This document shows positions 39,561-52,969 of a DNA stretch of 64,000 nt, one piece after another. Numbering within the stretch: position 1 is the stretch's first letter; the number at the start of each line of letters is the position of its first letter. The DNA is from Octopus sinensis. Taxonomy: Eukaryota. Position numbers and translations under genes: made by a program. Where the stretch lies: NCBI RefSeq assembly GCF_006345805.1, contig NC_043005.1:59892001-59956000 (forward strand), given 5' to 3'. Below the pieces are notes generated by a model, which did not search any database, was not told where the DNA came from, and saw only the letters and a list, made by a program, of their open reading frames with translations.

Positions 39561-40257
39561 CATTGTAATGTAATCACACACTGAAATATATGTATATTGT
39601 ATATATATATATATATATATATAATTAGCATTTATATTTGCTTATATGTATTTCTGTGCTTCTTTTCATATCAGCGTGACCTTTGTCTACCTGAATAAAT
39701 TTCTGTCTGCACTTATGTGTTCACTTAATACCAAACGCAGTATGAAAATAATGGATTCGTTATGAACGGTATATGCAATTTGGAGACAATAACTATTACC
39801 TTGCTGTGGAATATATTTCAGAACTATCTCCCTAAGTTCCTGTTATATCATCGGACATACCGGAGCTTCATGCGTTATACTGGTGTTTACAATCTATGAA
39901 ATCTTGACGAAACTGACAACAATTTGGTTATTTCAGGATACCGTTTAATTTTTTTTATATAACCTAAGGGGTTATATATATTGGAATGTTTGACAACTGT
40001 TAAAATGCATCTATGCACATACACAATCATACACACGCACACATGCACACATGCATGTATATATATATATATATGTAACTATATTTTACGTTCTTAACTT
40101 CATTTCACCTATAGCATGGAGTAGTAACTTCTATCACGTACAAATACTGCAAATGTCCAAAGTATTATTCGATCGCGTGATACATTCAAAAGATTCAGAG
40201 AAGTTGTTAATTTCACCGCTGTAATTCAGAGTAGAGATGCGATTGATATGTTGGTTT

Positions 40258-40415
40258 ATAAGGTGGAGAGCTGGCAGAATCGTTAGCACGCCTGGTAATA
40301 TGCTTAGCGGTACTTTGCCCGTCTATACGTTCTAAATTCAAATTTCACCGTCGTATTCAAATTCCACCGTTGTACACTTTACTTTTCCTCTATAATGGAT
40401 AAAATAAGTGCCAGT
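40258..40415 (+). mobile_element. tRNA-derived SINE with short internal duplication of the B-box region
   Basis: GAGCTGGCAGAATCGTTAGCACGCC head; ATTCAAATT(T/C)CACCGT occurs twice. Confidence 0.75.
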
Positions 40416-40730
40416 TTCCCAAAACTTATGCCAACATGTTGTCTTACAAACCAATATCCCGCCCCGGTCACACACATGTATATATATATGTGTGTGTGTG
40501 TTTGTGTGTGTGTGTGTCTCTGTGTGTGTGTGTGTGTATGTGCGTATGTGCGTGTGTGTGTGTATGTAATTATGTGTGTGTGTGTTTGTGTATGTCTGAA
40601 GGAAAGCATTTGCTTTATATTTTAAACGGTTGCTTTAAACTTCCAACACATTTCATCAAAGCAATAACTAATTTCTATACAGAATATCCAGTAGTGTATG
40701 GCGGTAACAGAATAATGGTCCTGATACGTG

Positions 40731-40761
<31 letters not shown>

Positions 40762-40763
40762 TA

Positions 40764-40882
40764 TCACCGTGACCGACCAGACCAGGCTATCAGATGTTGC
40801 TACACATCGCTGGTCACAATGCGCTCGCTTCGCATTGTTTTAGCCTTCAAATGACGCCACCCCGCTGGGTAAGCGAGCAGGG

Positions 40883-40885
<3 letters not shown>
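40764..40885 (-). mobile_element. 3' part of the OR1-like SINE
   Basis: Reverse complement of 19305-19418; flanked by (TA)n. Confidence 0.8.
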
Positions 40886-40929
<44 letters not shown>

Positions 40930-41180
40930 TATGTAAATTTTAGGTGAATTGAAATGATATAATATAATAGGTAATACCTGTTATATTATAATAGGTAGTA
41001 CCACATAAGCTTATATACATATACAGGGTACGATGGGTATGTTGTCATCATTCTATATTTTTTATTTCGTATAGGCGTATTATTTATTTTGATTTTGGCG
41101 AATACACAGTACAGTAAGGTCGTGTTGGCATTGTCTGTATGTACTTATCAGTTTATCTATCATCTATCTATCTATCTATG

Positions 41181-41257
<77 letters not shown>

Positions 41258-41288
41258 GTCTATCTGTCTATCTCTCCCTCTCTCTTTC

Positions 41289-41327
<39 letters not shown>

Positions 41328-41331
41328 CTCT

Positions 41332-41411
<80 letters not shown>

Positions 41412-41767
41412 CATATATATATAACGGGAAGCTTTATGAAAATAAACAAAAGACGAAGGCAGGTGGAATACAAACAGACAATTGTATTAGTATGGCGCTC
41501 AGGAATATAAGTAAAACAAGTCTTTACGTTTCGAGCCTACGCTCTTCAACAGAAAGATACACAGAAAAGAAACACGGAGAGAAACAAGGAGAGAAAGAAA
41601 ATGCGTGCAGAGGCTAGCGAATCAACGACTGTCTGTCTCTCTCTTTCTCTGTATATATAAGAGTGAGTAGACAAACGAAAGGAGGGTACTCAACCAATTC
41701 ATTGGGAGTTACATGAATGGATCAAAACAGTTTGATTCAAATTTGTTGGTACTGCTGTGTTTCAAGT

Positions 41768-42333
41768 GTGATGCTAGTCGTCAGTCATTATGAAATTGAA
41801 TTACAGAAGTTTGAATTTGAATGACAGAATACCATAAGGTGAGGTGCGATTGGTTGAGAAAGGTACACGGTGTCGCGGTTTTATGTTTTGTATATGGGGG
41901 ACATTTACTTGTAAAATACTGTATGGCGAACAGAAAATTGACCACGTGGATGACAAGAAATAGAGCACGTGGCGATTAGAAATCGGTCAGATTTTGGGGA
42001 AGGGGAGTAGGAAGGGGCGGCATGTCCAAGTATATAGTTCTACACGTAGGTATGCAGGCGCACTCATATAGTTTTGCATGCATGTGTACATTCACGCGTG
42101 TGCTTCTGTGCATGGGTGCGCACGTCTGTACAGGCACGTGCGTGTGCGCGCTTGGACGCATGTATGTATATGCGTGTATATGTGCATGTGTGCGTAAGCG
42201 TGTGTACATTACTAATGTACCAACATCAAACCACGACACCACGTGACCTTCTTCAATTAATCGCAGACCACCTTACGTTATTAACAATCAACTACTGTCG
42301 TTCAAATTCAAAATGGCTGACGACTAGCATCAC
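41768..42333. mobile_element. MITE-like/foldback element with degenerate ~110-bp terminal inverted repeats
   Basis: GTGATGCTAGTCGTCAGTCATT vs AATGGCTGACGACTAGCATCAC; TTTGAATTTGAATGACAG vs CTGTCGTTCAAATTCAAA; further alignment through GTGTCG(C/T)GGTTT. Confidence 0.65.
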
Positions 42334-42357
42334 GCAGTTTTCATTCATATTTATCTT

Positions 42358-42423
<66 letters not shown>

Positions 42424-43256
42424 CAAAGAAAGAAAGAAAGAAAGAAAGAAAAAAAGAAAGTGTGTGACATATATACACACATACATAAATATGAATGTAT
42501 GTTTGTATGCATATTAAAAGACTCATAATTTGGAGTGATAACTGAAATAAAAAGAAAGATGGGAGAAAGAGACAAACATTGGAAAGCAAAGAGAGGCAGA
42601 GAGAGAGAGAGAGAGAGACGGAGAGAAAGAAAAGAAGTGAGAGAGAGAGAGAGAGAGAGATTATGTTAAGCAATTGTTATTGCATTTCTTAAATTAAATT
42701 TTTATCGAGTTTTTCTTTGAATTTTGTCTTTTCGGAATTTATAACTGCTTATGTATACGTGTAATTTTTTATTGACATATAAGATTTTTTCCCTTTTAAT
42801 ATTTTTAAAAACTAACGTTACATTCAAATTCTTTTAAAAGTTTAACTAAGATTTTCTGAAAGTAGTTTTCCTCAACCGATTCTTTGATATAACGTTGACG
42901 GCCAACAGCTAAAAGTACAAAATCATAATTACTTTAACAGCTCTATGGCTATTAAACATAGCACGATAATAATTTCTTAACGCTACTTACTGAAGCGGAA
43001 ATTTTGATGTTTCTCTTCGCGGGTTTGCGTATGTAAAGAAGTCAAATTATGAGTCCTAATACAAACGGTATGAACTTTTATAGATACAATAACCAAATGA
43101 TCGGCGTAAAGGTATTTAAAACATGATGAACATATGTATTCGAATATTGTGGCAATTCTACGCCTACTCTTTGTAATGTATTTTTCCTTCAATATTATCT
43201 TGGGCCCTTGTGGATAATAAAAAAAAATCAACATTATTACTATTATTACTATTATT

Positions 43257-43287
<31 letters not shown>

Positions 43288-43301
43288 TTATTATTATTAT
43301 T

Positions 43302-43720
43302 AAAGGCGGCAAGCTGGTAGATTCATAAGCGTACTGGACGAAAAGCTACCTTCAAAATTCGCCGAGGTCGACTTTCCCATTGATTATTTTTGAGGGCGAT
43401 AAAATAAATACCAGGTGATCACTGGGGTTGATGTAATCGATACATCCCCTTCCTCTAAAATGTCAGGACCTGTGCCTACAGCAGAAAAGATTATTATTAT
43501 TATTATTAAAGGCAGCGAACTTGCAGAGTTATTAGGGTCCTGGAGGAAATGGCTAGCGGTATTTCGCCCGTCACTACATCTGATTTCAAATTCCACCGCG
43601 ATCGACTTCGCAGTTCATTCTTTCGGAGTTGGTAAACTAAGTACCAGTTGAGTCTGGGATGGATGTATTGGACTTGCCCCTTTCCTCAAAGTATCAGGTC
43701 TTGTATCTATAGTAGAAACG
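43302..43720 (+). mobile_element. Two tandem tRNA-derived SINEs, each with an (ATT)n tail
   Basis: AAAGGCGGCAAGCTGG at about 43302 and AAAGGCAGCGAACTTG at about 43508; shared body TAAGTACCAG/GTCGAC motifs. Confidence 0.7.
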
Positions 43721-43748
43721 TTTATTATTGTTGTTGTTGTTTTTGTTA

Positions 43749-43793
<45 letters not shown>

Positions 43794-43825
43794 GTTATTA
43801 TTATTTATTATTTATTATTATTATA

Positions 43826-43919
<94 letters not shown>

Positions 43920-43920
<1 letters not shown>

Positions 43921-44830
43921 CAGCATACACGGACGATGTCACCATCATGGTGTCGGACTCCTCCGAAATGGAGACGGTTGGCACCATCCTAAAGGAATAT
44001 GAGTCGGCTGCAGGGGCTAAAATCAATGCCGACAAATCGGTTGGTTTGCGGTTGGACTCTTGGAGAGACAGGATGATGACTCGGATGGCGTCCGCGGACA
44101 CTGGACCGATGGACCAGTTAAAGTACTCGCGATCTTGTTTGGTCCTGACCTCTAGATTGATAAAAACTGGGACGAGGTGGCGAACAGTGTGGTCAGTCTT
44201 ACCCAGAGATGAGCTGAAAGAAAGCTGTTTCTGAAAAGTCGAGCAGAGGTGGCGAATGATTACATATCCTCCGTTATCATTTATCGCCTGACCGGCGTGC
44301 CTTGACCTAGTTACTGCTTGACCAGGTTGGAGAGTCTCTCATTTAAATTCTTGTGGAAGAGACGCATTCCAATGCTCAGGCGGTCTATCTGGACGGTGAG
44401 CGTGTGTGGGCTCCGTTTGTGAGACTCACCTTTTCGCAGCTCGTCTCCTTGACAGACCTGCAGTCCTGGGTGATGAAAAGACCGAGACTGGGCGCCAAGC
44501 ACCTAGAATGCCGTCAGGCCCTCACAGGCTCTATCACTGGGGCAATGTGATCGGTGGATGTTCCACTCTAAAAATTTATACAGGAATGGTGACGCGGAAG
44601 TGCAATGACGTTCTCGGGAAATATCTGGACGCCGATGAGAACGAACTGGCTAGTGTGTTCCAGACGATTTTCCAGTCGGGAACTATCATGGATAATTTCC
44701 AGATGCCCTTGGCTTGGCAAAGCTACCGGCGGACGCTACCGCTTCGATACAAGCTCCACAAGCACAGATGTGCTGTCAGAGGTGCGCGGAGAGAGTCGAA
44801 ACCGTCCTGCCCTTCCTCGTTCAGTGTCCG
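43920..44830 (+). pseudogene. Tx1/L1-clade LINE ORF2 3' part (RT domain 5 to C-terminal Zn finger)
   Basis: Reads SAYTDDVTIMVSD..ILKEYESAAGAKINADKSVGLRL (YADD plus SGAKIN..KS motifs), later LPLRYKL..RC; begins directly after (ATT)n. Confidence 0.8.
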
Positions 44831-44835
44831 GGCAT

Positions 44836-45062
44836 TACTGCCTTTCATTCTCGGGATCGATAAAATAAGTACCAGTAAGCAGTGTAGTCGATGTAATCGA
44901 CTTAATCCCTTCCCCCAAATTTCAGACCTTGTGTTTATTGCAGAAAGGCTCATTATTGTTATTATTAAGGCGGCGACTTGGTAGATTGGTTAGAATGCTG
45001 GATGAAATACTTAGCGGAATTTCGCTCGTCCCTGAGTTCTGAGATCAAATTCCGCCCAGGTT
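44836..45062 (+). mobile_element. SINE 3' half plus the head of a second SINE
   Basis: GCCTTTCATTCTCGGGATCGATAAAATAAGTACCAG; then AAGGCGGCGACTTGG..GAGATCAAATTCCGCC. Confidence 0.7.
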
Positions 45063-45245
45063 TAGCAGTAATACTTCCTCCATTTTACTTCTGATCTCAC
45101 ATCATTGCGTGTTTTTAATTATTTTAAGGATCGCTGAAAAGGAGAATAATCTGTCAAGTACTGGGGTTCATATAATCGACTAACATATCCATGATAAGCA
45201 TCAGACATTGTTCTTTTAGCAAAAAATTATAAATATTATAATTAA

Positions 45246-45306
<61 letters not shown>

Positions 45307-45860
45307 GAGTGAGAGAGCAGTACATGCCATCAACGTGACACTGGGGTAAAATATACGAAACCCAGTATACACATCATGACTACCCGTCTGATAAGGGTAT
45401 ACCAGGCACATGCAGCACAACCATGTGTGTGCGACATGATGATCTCATATCAAGATAAACAGCACATGACCTTGCAGGTGGGGCCCAGTTAGAATTTTCT
45501 TCAGGTCGAGTAGCCCATCCTGCTCAAAAGGTCCCTGAATAAGGTTTGTTTAATGATGTTGAACGAACAACCCATGTTTCCAAAGGTGAATTATCCAAAC
45601 CCCTAAGAATTCCTCTCAACACATGGCTATGATGCTCGCCTGCTACTCTGCTCATTATCAGAGATGCACATATCGTCAGCCACTAAGGGACATGGTCAAT
45701 TGGTTAAGGTCAAACAACTGAGAAGCAAATCTGTGATATTGAGCAGAATATTTGCTGTAGCCCATCTTTTATACCAAGACAAAACAAAGTACATGATAAA
45801 ACTTCCAATCAGTTAAGATCAGAAGCCATGAGAGCCACTGCCTGGTACTACATCAGGGCA
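45307..45860 (-). mobile_element. ~550-bp non-coding element inserted in (TAA)n; probable non-autonomous partner of a Dong-like LINE
   Basis: GC-richer block with sharp ends, flanked on both sides by (ATT)n; no ORF and no Pol III boxes seen. Orientation inferred from a CACTC(AAT)n tail. Recalled as a high-copy octopus repeat (unverified). Confidence 0.55.
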
Positions 45861-46284
45861 ATTTATTATTTTTATTATTATTATTGTTGTTGTTGTTGTT
45901 GATGTTATTATTATTATTATTATTATCACCACCATCAACACTGGGGTCGACGTAATCGGCTTATCCCCTGCCCCAAGTTGCTGCCCTTGTGGAAAAATTT
46001 GAAAAAATTATTATTTTTAGTGTTGGTAGCATTTCTTTGTTTTTTCAATGCGAATTAAAATGTCAATGCTGTTGTTTAGTCTCCGAGAGATACGGAGCTT
46101 GATTCTCTGTAGTAGCTTCTGGCCTCTATTTACGTGTATAAGATTATTTTATCCTATTTTCTAAAGCCGTTTTTCATGGCTGTCGTTCTGCGCTCGAGGT
46201 TAACTTCGTATCTCAACGCACTCGACGCTCAAATATTTATATACATTTACACAGTGAGAGAGAGAGAGAGTGGTGGCACCTTTT

Positions 46285-46520
46285 GCATCCCATATGTCAA
46301 ACTCTCGCGATCATGCTCACAAAATCAAATTACAACTCAGTTCTCATGACTGTCGGAATTGTTGTTATGACTCTCGGAATTGTTGAAGCATGGAATAAAC
46401 TGCCCACATCAGTCGTTAGCTATCGAGACACTATATCCTTCAAAACTTCCATACTTCTTGAAATCAACCAGCAGTACACCTGATAGCTTTATTTTTCTTA
46501 GTTGTAGTGCTCCTGAGTAC
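46285..46520 (+). pseudogene. CR1-like LINE 3' end
   Basis: Reads SRDHAHKIKLQLSSHDCR..IVEAWNKLPTSVVSYRDTISFKTSI, matching the TRGH..KL / RVV..WN.LP..VV / FK pattern. Confidence 0.7.
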
Positions 46521-46534
46521 TGTATACAATAATT

Positions 46535-46580
<46 letters not shown>

Positions 46581-46589
46581 AAGATTCAG

Positions 46590-46826
46590 TTGAATTGGGT
46601 ACGTTTGCTTATTCTTTTCTACTCTAGGTACAAGGCCCGAAAATTTTGGGAAGGGGGCCAGTCGATTAGAACGACGCTAGTACGAAACTGGTACTTAATT
46701 TATCGACCCCGAAAAGATGAAATGCAAAGTCGACCTCGGCGGAATCTGAACTCAGAATGTAATGACAAACGAAATACTGCTAAGTATTTCGCCCGGCATG
46801 CTAACGCTTCTGCCAACTTGCCGCCT
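46590..46826 (-). mobile_element. tRNA-derived SINE
   Basis: Minus strand: GGCGGCAAGTTGGCAGAAGCGTTAGCATGCCGGGCGAAAT..GAGTTCAGATTCCGCCGAGGTCGACTTTGC. Confidence 0.85.
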
Positions 46827-47923
46827 TATGACCTACATATCTTACGAAAAGAAGTGTATGATGTTGACATTCTGAAGATATAAAATGATATTTGTTGTTA
46901 AACTGTTTTTGTCACCTGGAGCATTAATGATATTAATACAACAGGAGAAAAGTATTGCCAATGCATTATACTAGATAACGAAGTTTTGGAAATGTTTTGA
47001 GCGTATAAGTAGGTTCTGAAAAACAAAAATTGTAGTGTATTTGATATCGAGAAATAGATAATGCAATATTTCTATTGTTCAAAATAATACAACAAAAGCC
47101 TTGTATATTTATGTATAAGGAAAAACAATAAAAGAAATCATTTCAACAGATTTCGATTTGTGCCTATTTGTTTGTATTCATATAATTTATTTTTCTGATC
47201 TGCACTGTTTACTAAATTATTTGTTCTGAAACAGTGTGTTGTAACTAAAACAATTACTTTGCGGATAAATCCTTTTAACAAAGACGAAAACTAAACATGT
47301 CTAAACTTATCTACGATGTAATAATTATATAATTAACTTACATTTTATTCTATTGAACACACTAACTTATTTCACTCACATAATAAATGACGCAGAGTTT
47401 TCTTTTATCTCTATGGTTTATTTTTTCTACTTTACATGTATTAATTAAAATACAATACGTAAGTTAATTTCAACATATACACTGCATAGGCCGTTGTATA
47501 TGTAGATATATTTGCTTATGGAGAAGATGTTGGAATTTAACTATTCATCGAATAGTTTACACATATACATATCCTACATAGCATACATACATACTTGTGC
47601 CAAAATTTTAAACTACAATAATACATAGATATATTCACCTGGGTATGAGTTGATAGCATGTATCTAACTTACAATAATTGTATTTGGGGCCCTACAATAT
47701 TCGAGCAGACGTCCATTCAGCCTTCCTCATTTTTGACCTAGAAGAATATTCATGCTGGGACAGCTAGAGGCAATGATATTTGCAATAACAATTAGTTGGT
47801 ATTGGATTCAATGCTCTCTTCCATACACATCTCACCACGCGATCTATGATACTGAACTCATGTCTTAATGATTGTATAAGTAACACCTTAGCTTCAAGTT
47901 CACAGTCTTTCCTATAATAGGCA

Positions 47924-48036
<113 letters not shown>

Positions 48037-48089
48037 ATAAGTATGCATGTATGTATGTATGTATGTATGTATGTATGTATGTATGTATG

Positions 48090-48120
<31 letters not shown>

Positions 48121-48149
48121 GCAAGCAAGTAGGTAAAATTCCTAGCGGA

Positions 48150-48705
48150 CGATTGGAGGGGTAGGCTGTCCTCTCAACCAATACACTGCTGTGGGTACCG
48201 CTGGATGAAAGATTCTGATGATGCTATAATTCCACGCTTTTCTATACATGGCGCTGGCCTTAATATGCCTGAGATCGACCTGCTAACATTTCAGGTCTTC
48301 CTCAGTTTATTTCGCCCATGTCGTCTTTATTGAGATGCACTGGATTTTTGGGTGCGTGGGTTGCTGACACCACAAAAGTTAGTGTGGTAGTCTTCCGCTA
48401 ACCATCATGTAGGCGTGGCCAAATCACTTAGCCTGTGCTGCCGGACTTTGACTTCAAATGTCGGCTGCTGCTGGTATTATTATTCTTGGATTATTATTTT
48501 TTTTGAGATGCAGTCGCTTAGAGAGACATCAAGGTTATAACGATGACACCACATATGGAGCACACCCAGCTTGTTCAAACCCTTTTTTCAGGATGGTCCA
48601 GGTCTGAGTGTTGTGGAGAAGGGCAGACAGAACCAGCTTGCAGAAATGATGGATCCTTGACCTTAGGGAGAGTTTGGGTTTCTCCCAGACACAACCTCGA
48701 AGGGA
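48150..48705 (-). pseudogene. RTE-clade LINE C-terminal fragment
   Basis: Reads VWEKPKLSLRSRIHHFCKLVLSALLHNTQTWTI, matching W....LS..TK...Y...V...LLYG.ETWT; later the *FGHA remnant of RW.GHV. Confidence 0.7.
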
Positions 48706-48769
48706 TACATACACATACGTACAAGCATACATTCGTATATACTTGCAATTGCTTACATGTAGACACACG

Positions 48770-48854
<85 letters not shown>

Positions 48855-48932
48855 TGCACACACATTTATATACTCAGTGTTTCATGCTTTAAATACTTTA
48901 GCGTTAACTTTCCTTGTTATACGTTACTTTTT

Positions 48933-48999
<67 letters not shown>

Positions 49000-50719
49000 T
49001 ACAATAATAATATTTGGATAAATGCTTTTAATACCATTTGCTAGTATATAGGTGTTATTCTTTCGTCATTTGATATCCTCTTATTCCGTTTGGAAAGTAT
49101 TGTATTTTCTCTCTTTTCAACTCACATAAAATATATTTGTTGTGGTTGTCACCAATTGTTCCTAACATGTTTTCTCACACTATGATCCTGAACTCTAATG
49201 GCTATATACAAAAACTTACAGAACTCGTAACGACTGCTAATTATTTTCACCAGTTATCACATCTGCAATGACATCGTTCATAAATATTTAATTGAAATTA
49301 TCATTTCCATTTCCTTCTTTTTCCTTTGACAATTTTCTCCCTTATGTCTATCACTGCCTCTGACAATAAACTTCTACGATTGTAAATATGGCTAAATAAT
49401 GCTATCGCCATCATTTTCGTCTATATTTGCAGTAATTAATTCTTTTATAAGACAAAGAAGTTGCTGCCGTTGCTGCTGCTGCTGCTGCTGCTATTGCTGA
49501 TGTCGGCGTAGATGATTTAAATCATTTTGTTACTAATTAGCCCCCGTTTAATCCTGACAGGAAAGTCAAAAGTTATTTCAAAGGTGCGCTAACTATGTTA
49601 CTCCTTGTCTAATTATAAAATAGGATTATCAAGCAGATTTCTACTTTCTGCGATGTCCTTTATCAGAAAACAAGACATCATTTAGGGATAGTTGGTTACT
49701 AGTTTTATTTGTAAATATAAACCTCACAAGCTAGTAGTTCCTCTCTGGTTTTCACACGGAGTGGTTTGCAAATGTTTTAAATATCCGGGAAATCGTTCTG
49801 ATACTCAGCTGTTCCAACTCGAATATATATTTCTAGTTAAGAATAAGGATATTACCATCACAAACGTTCTAATACCTGTCTCTATAATTAAATTGATATT
49901 GCTTATAGTGAATATAAGCGAGCTTTTACGTGAGTTGTTTATTTCCTTGAAAGAGTAAAAGAATTCCCTTCAACTCATACTTTAACCCTTAAGCAAGGGG
50001 AATGCATACAGTGTAATATAATAATATAATAATAACTACAGAACCCCTTAACAAAAATGATGTGATACGCTCCATCAACTATGTTATGATTCTTAACCAC
50101 AACTACAACATATGTAACAGCAAAAGCAATATCAAAGCACTAGCAGTATTTATGCTCATGAATACATTGTGAGTCACGGAGTGTATGCGTAATATTAGTA
50201 ACTTCGGTTCATATAAGGAACAGATAAATCTCGCAGTTCAGCTTATGACACAATTAGAATGTTTTAGAACTTCTCATGGTATACCGAAAATATTCGCATC
50301 CAACAACGTATCTTTGGTTCACTATTGCTACTTGTGTCTTAGGTGATTTCTCGCTAGTTTCCCGTATTCTCACTTAATTGTATCACGGAGGATGCCTGAA
50401 ATGTTAAGGGCATTTGGTAGCAGAGTGAATGAAACACTTTACAAATAGACTACCACATTTTAGTCAAATAAAATCTGACTTAGAATCTTGCCGATGATAA
50501 GTTCGTATTTCATACTATTAGGTATTTATTGGTGCTGACATTCTCTGCTTTTTATATGGCTATAGTTTATTTTGTTATCTCTAGTATATTGATTGCGTTC
50601 AGCATAATATGGGTACAGGATCTAGTAGTATTTATTTTCAGTATGTTTTATGGGGAAACACAACAAGGATAAATGAAACATTGAACGAGCAATGCAAATG
50701 TGTTTTAACCCCACACTTA

Positions 50720-51234
50720 CAGCACATGCAAGTTAGTTCACCTGTAGTAATCTTTACTACTACAGATGTAGAAAGAGAGCCAGCAAAAACTGATTCTATC
50801 GACATCAACGATGTAATACTGGCTATAGATGAGGTAGACGCGTACTCAACTGCTGGCCTTGCTGGATTCCCAGTGATCCTTCTCCAATTAAACAATCACT
50901 TGCAAAATCCTTGTAGTTTCTCTTCCAGAGTTTCCTTGCGAGGGTTATGGTCCTAGACAAATTGAAGGAGGAAATAATATGTCCTATCCCTACTGGGAGA
51001 AGCATACCAGATACTAAAATTACAGGCCAATCTCTTTGGCATTACACATCAGTAAAGACATCGAACGAATAGTCCGGCGGAAATTAATTTCGCTCCCTGA
51101 AGAGAATAACTTGCTTAATTACATCCAGCATAAATGATGAAGCTGCCTGAACAGCTCTTACTGCACTACAAATGATTGTTAAAGGGGAATGTATATGACC
51201 ACTACATCACTGGCTTGGTCACTTACGGAAGCTG

Positions 51235-51235
<1 letters not shown>
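50720..51235 (+). pseudogene. CR1-like LINE RT N-terminal fragment
   Basis: Reads DVILAIDEVDAYSTAGLAGFPVILL, then ICPI..G..DTKNYRPISL..HISK..ER..RRKL (NYRPISL motif); ends at (ATT)n. Confidence 0.75.
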
Positions 51236-51305
<70 letters not shown>

Positions 51306-52788
51306 CATCATCATTATTCTTAAAACTGCTTTACGCACGCTAAACTGCAACACAGGCGATCCTCTATAATTTCAAAGTCTGTGTCACATTTTGCTTTTCT
51401 TATAAGGTATTGTGCTTATGTATTAAGTCCGTTGTCTCGCTATGAGATTCCTTTGTCGGTTCTGGGTTAGTGTTTCCTGCACTGTATTGAATATATACGT
51501 TATGGTTATGGCTATAATACATATATTTCTAGAAACAGCTTATCCTCTTGTCTTCACATACTTTATATTAATCGCACAAAGCTCCTCCGTTTTTTAAAGT
51601 TTACAATCGGGATTGAAATTTGCGCTACATGTTAATGAAATACACTATAATTATTTTGCCTTGGTGTTGATGTGCTTTTTTTTTGTCTCTGCATAATCAT
51701 CGTCAGCTGAATATACTACCTCAGACACGTTATATATCAATTCACCATTTGCTATAAAAAGATCGAATTTAAGTATTGCAATGTTTTCATAAATTCCCAG
51801 GTTTCTCAATTTATTAACAATTATAATATTTGTTTATGTTTCAGAATTCATTTCGCTTAAATTAACATCGAGGACAAATTCAACTTCAGTTTACTGCTCT
51901 CTCAATAATAACTAAATGTTTGGTTTCCATTTTCATCTCCATGTTCCCCATTTTGTTTTGATACACATTAGCATTATTAAAACAACAGCTTATGAAATTA
52001 TGAATTCATAATTCATAATAAGCTTTGTTTATTTGCTAGCTTTTACTCTTTATTTCTTTCCTGGCAGTATCTGACCTGATAGATTTATATCTAAGTATAT
52101 TGTTTTGAAAAATAATTACTGAAAGTTACACAGTAATCAACAGAGTAATATTTGCTTCTGATTTAGGCACAAAGTCAACTTGTCTCGAACCTCGAATATT
52201 ATTTTATCGACCCTCTGAAAGACGAAAGGCAAAGCTGACTTCACTCGTAGAATCTTACAGGTTGAGTAAAAAATATATTGCGTTAAAAATGTTTTACAAA
52301 AGAGTTTTACTTACTTGTATCTGTCTATTTACATGAGTGCGCACCATAAGCTATCATCTCATGAGTAGTAAAATACAAATTCAGAACTATAGGCTTTTAA
52401 ACCTTTTTTAGAAAAACAATGCCTAATAATATAATAGATTTATTTTTACGTATTGATCGTTTCTGTCGCAGCATCACTCCCAGGTGGTTTATTGATTTAT
52501 CTGATCATACCACAGTATCAATTATATGCGTGATATGATGTTTATTCAATCGACAAAGGGAAATGACTAATTGTAAAATTATCGACATTGCAATATTGAA
52601 AATATATAGTTGTATTAGTGAGATTTAAATTACGAACACGGCGGGAGAGAACGAAATGCTTTCAAGCAATTAGATAATATTATAATTTCTATCACATACT
52701 CAAATGATAGGGGAGTATTGGTTATCTCCTTGTGTTTAAAAATACCCCTTACAATACATTAGATGTCTTTGCAATGTGCAAAGAGTCT

Positions 52789-52969
52789 CTCAGAGTCTTT
52801 CATATGGAATTGAGTCTTTCATATGTTCTCAGAGTCTTTCATATGGAATTGAGTCTTTCATATGTTCTCAGAGTCTTTCATATGGAATTGAGTCTTTCAT
52901 ATGTTCTCAGAGTCTTTCATATGGAATTGAGTCTTTCATATGTTCTCAGAGTCTTTTATATGCAATTGA
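52789..52969. repeat. Perfect 39-bp minisatellite, 4 copies plus a partial, built from a 14-bp core repeated twice per unit
   Basis: Unit CTCA-GAGTCTTTCATATG-GAATT-GAGTCTTTCATATG-TT. Confidence 0.95.

Noticed and set aside
41740-41790. CTGACGA on the minus strand (and at 42317 plus) as a hammerhead core
   Set aside because: No closing stem II or matching stem I/III; it is part of the foldback element's TIR.
45490-45690. CTGAAGA and CTGACGA on the minus strand of the 550-bp element
   Set aside because: No GAAA positioned after a paired stem II, so a hammerhead fold is not supported.
52789-52969. Regular repeats resembling a CRISPR array
   Set aside because: The spacers are only 5-6 nt and are themselves repeated; the context is eukaryotic, with no cas genes.
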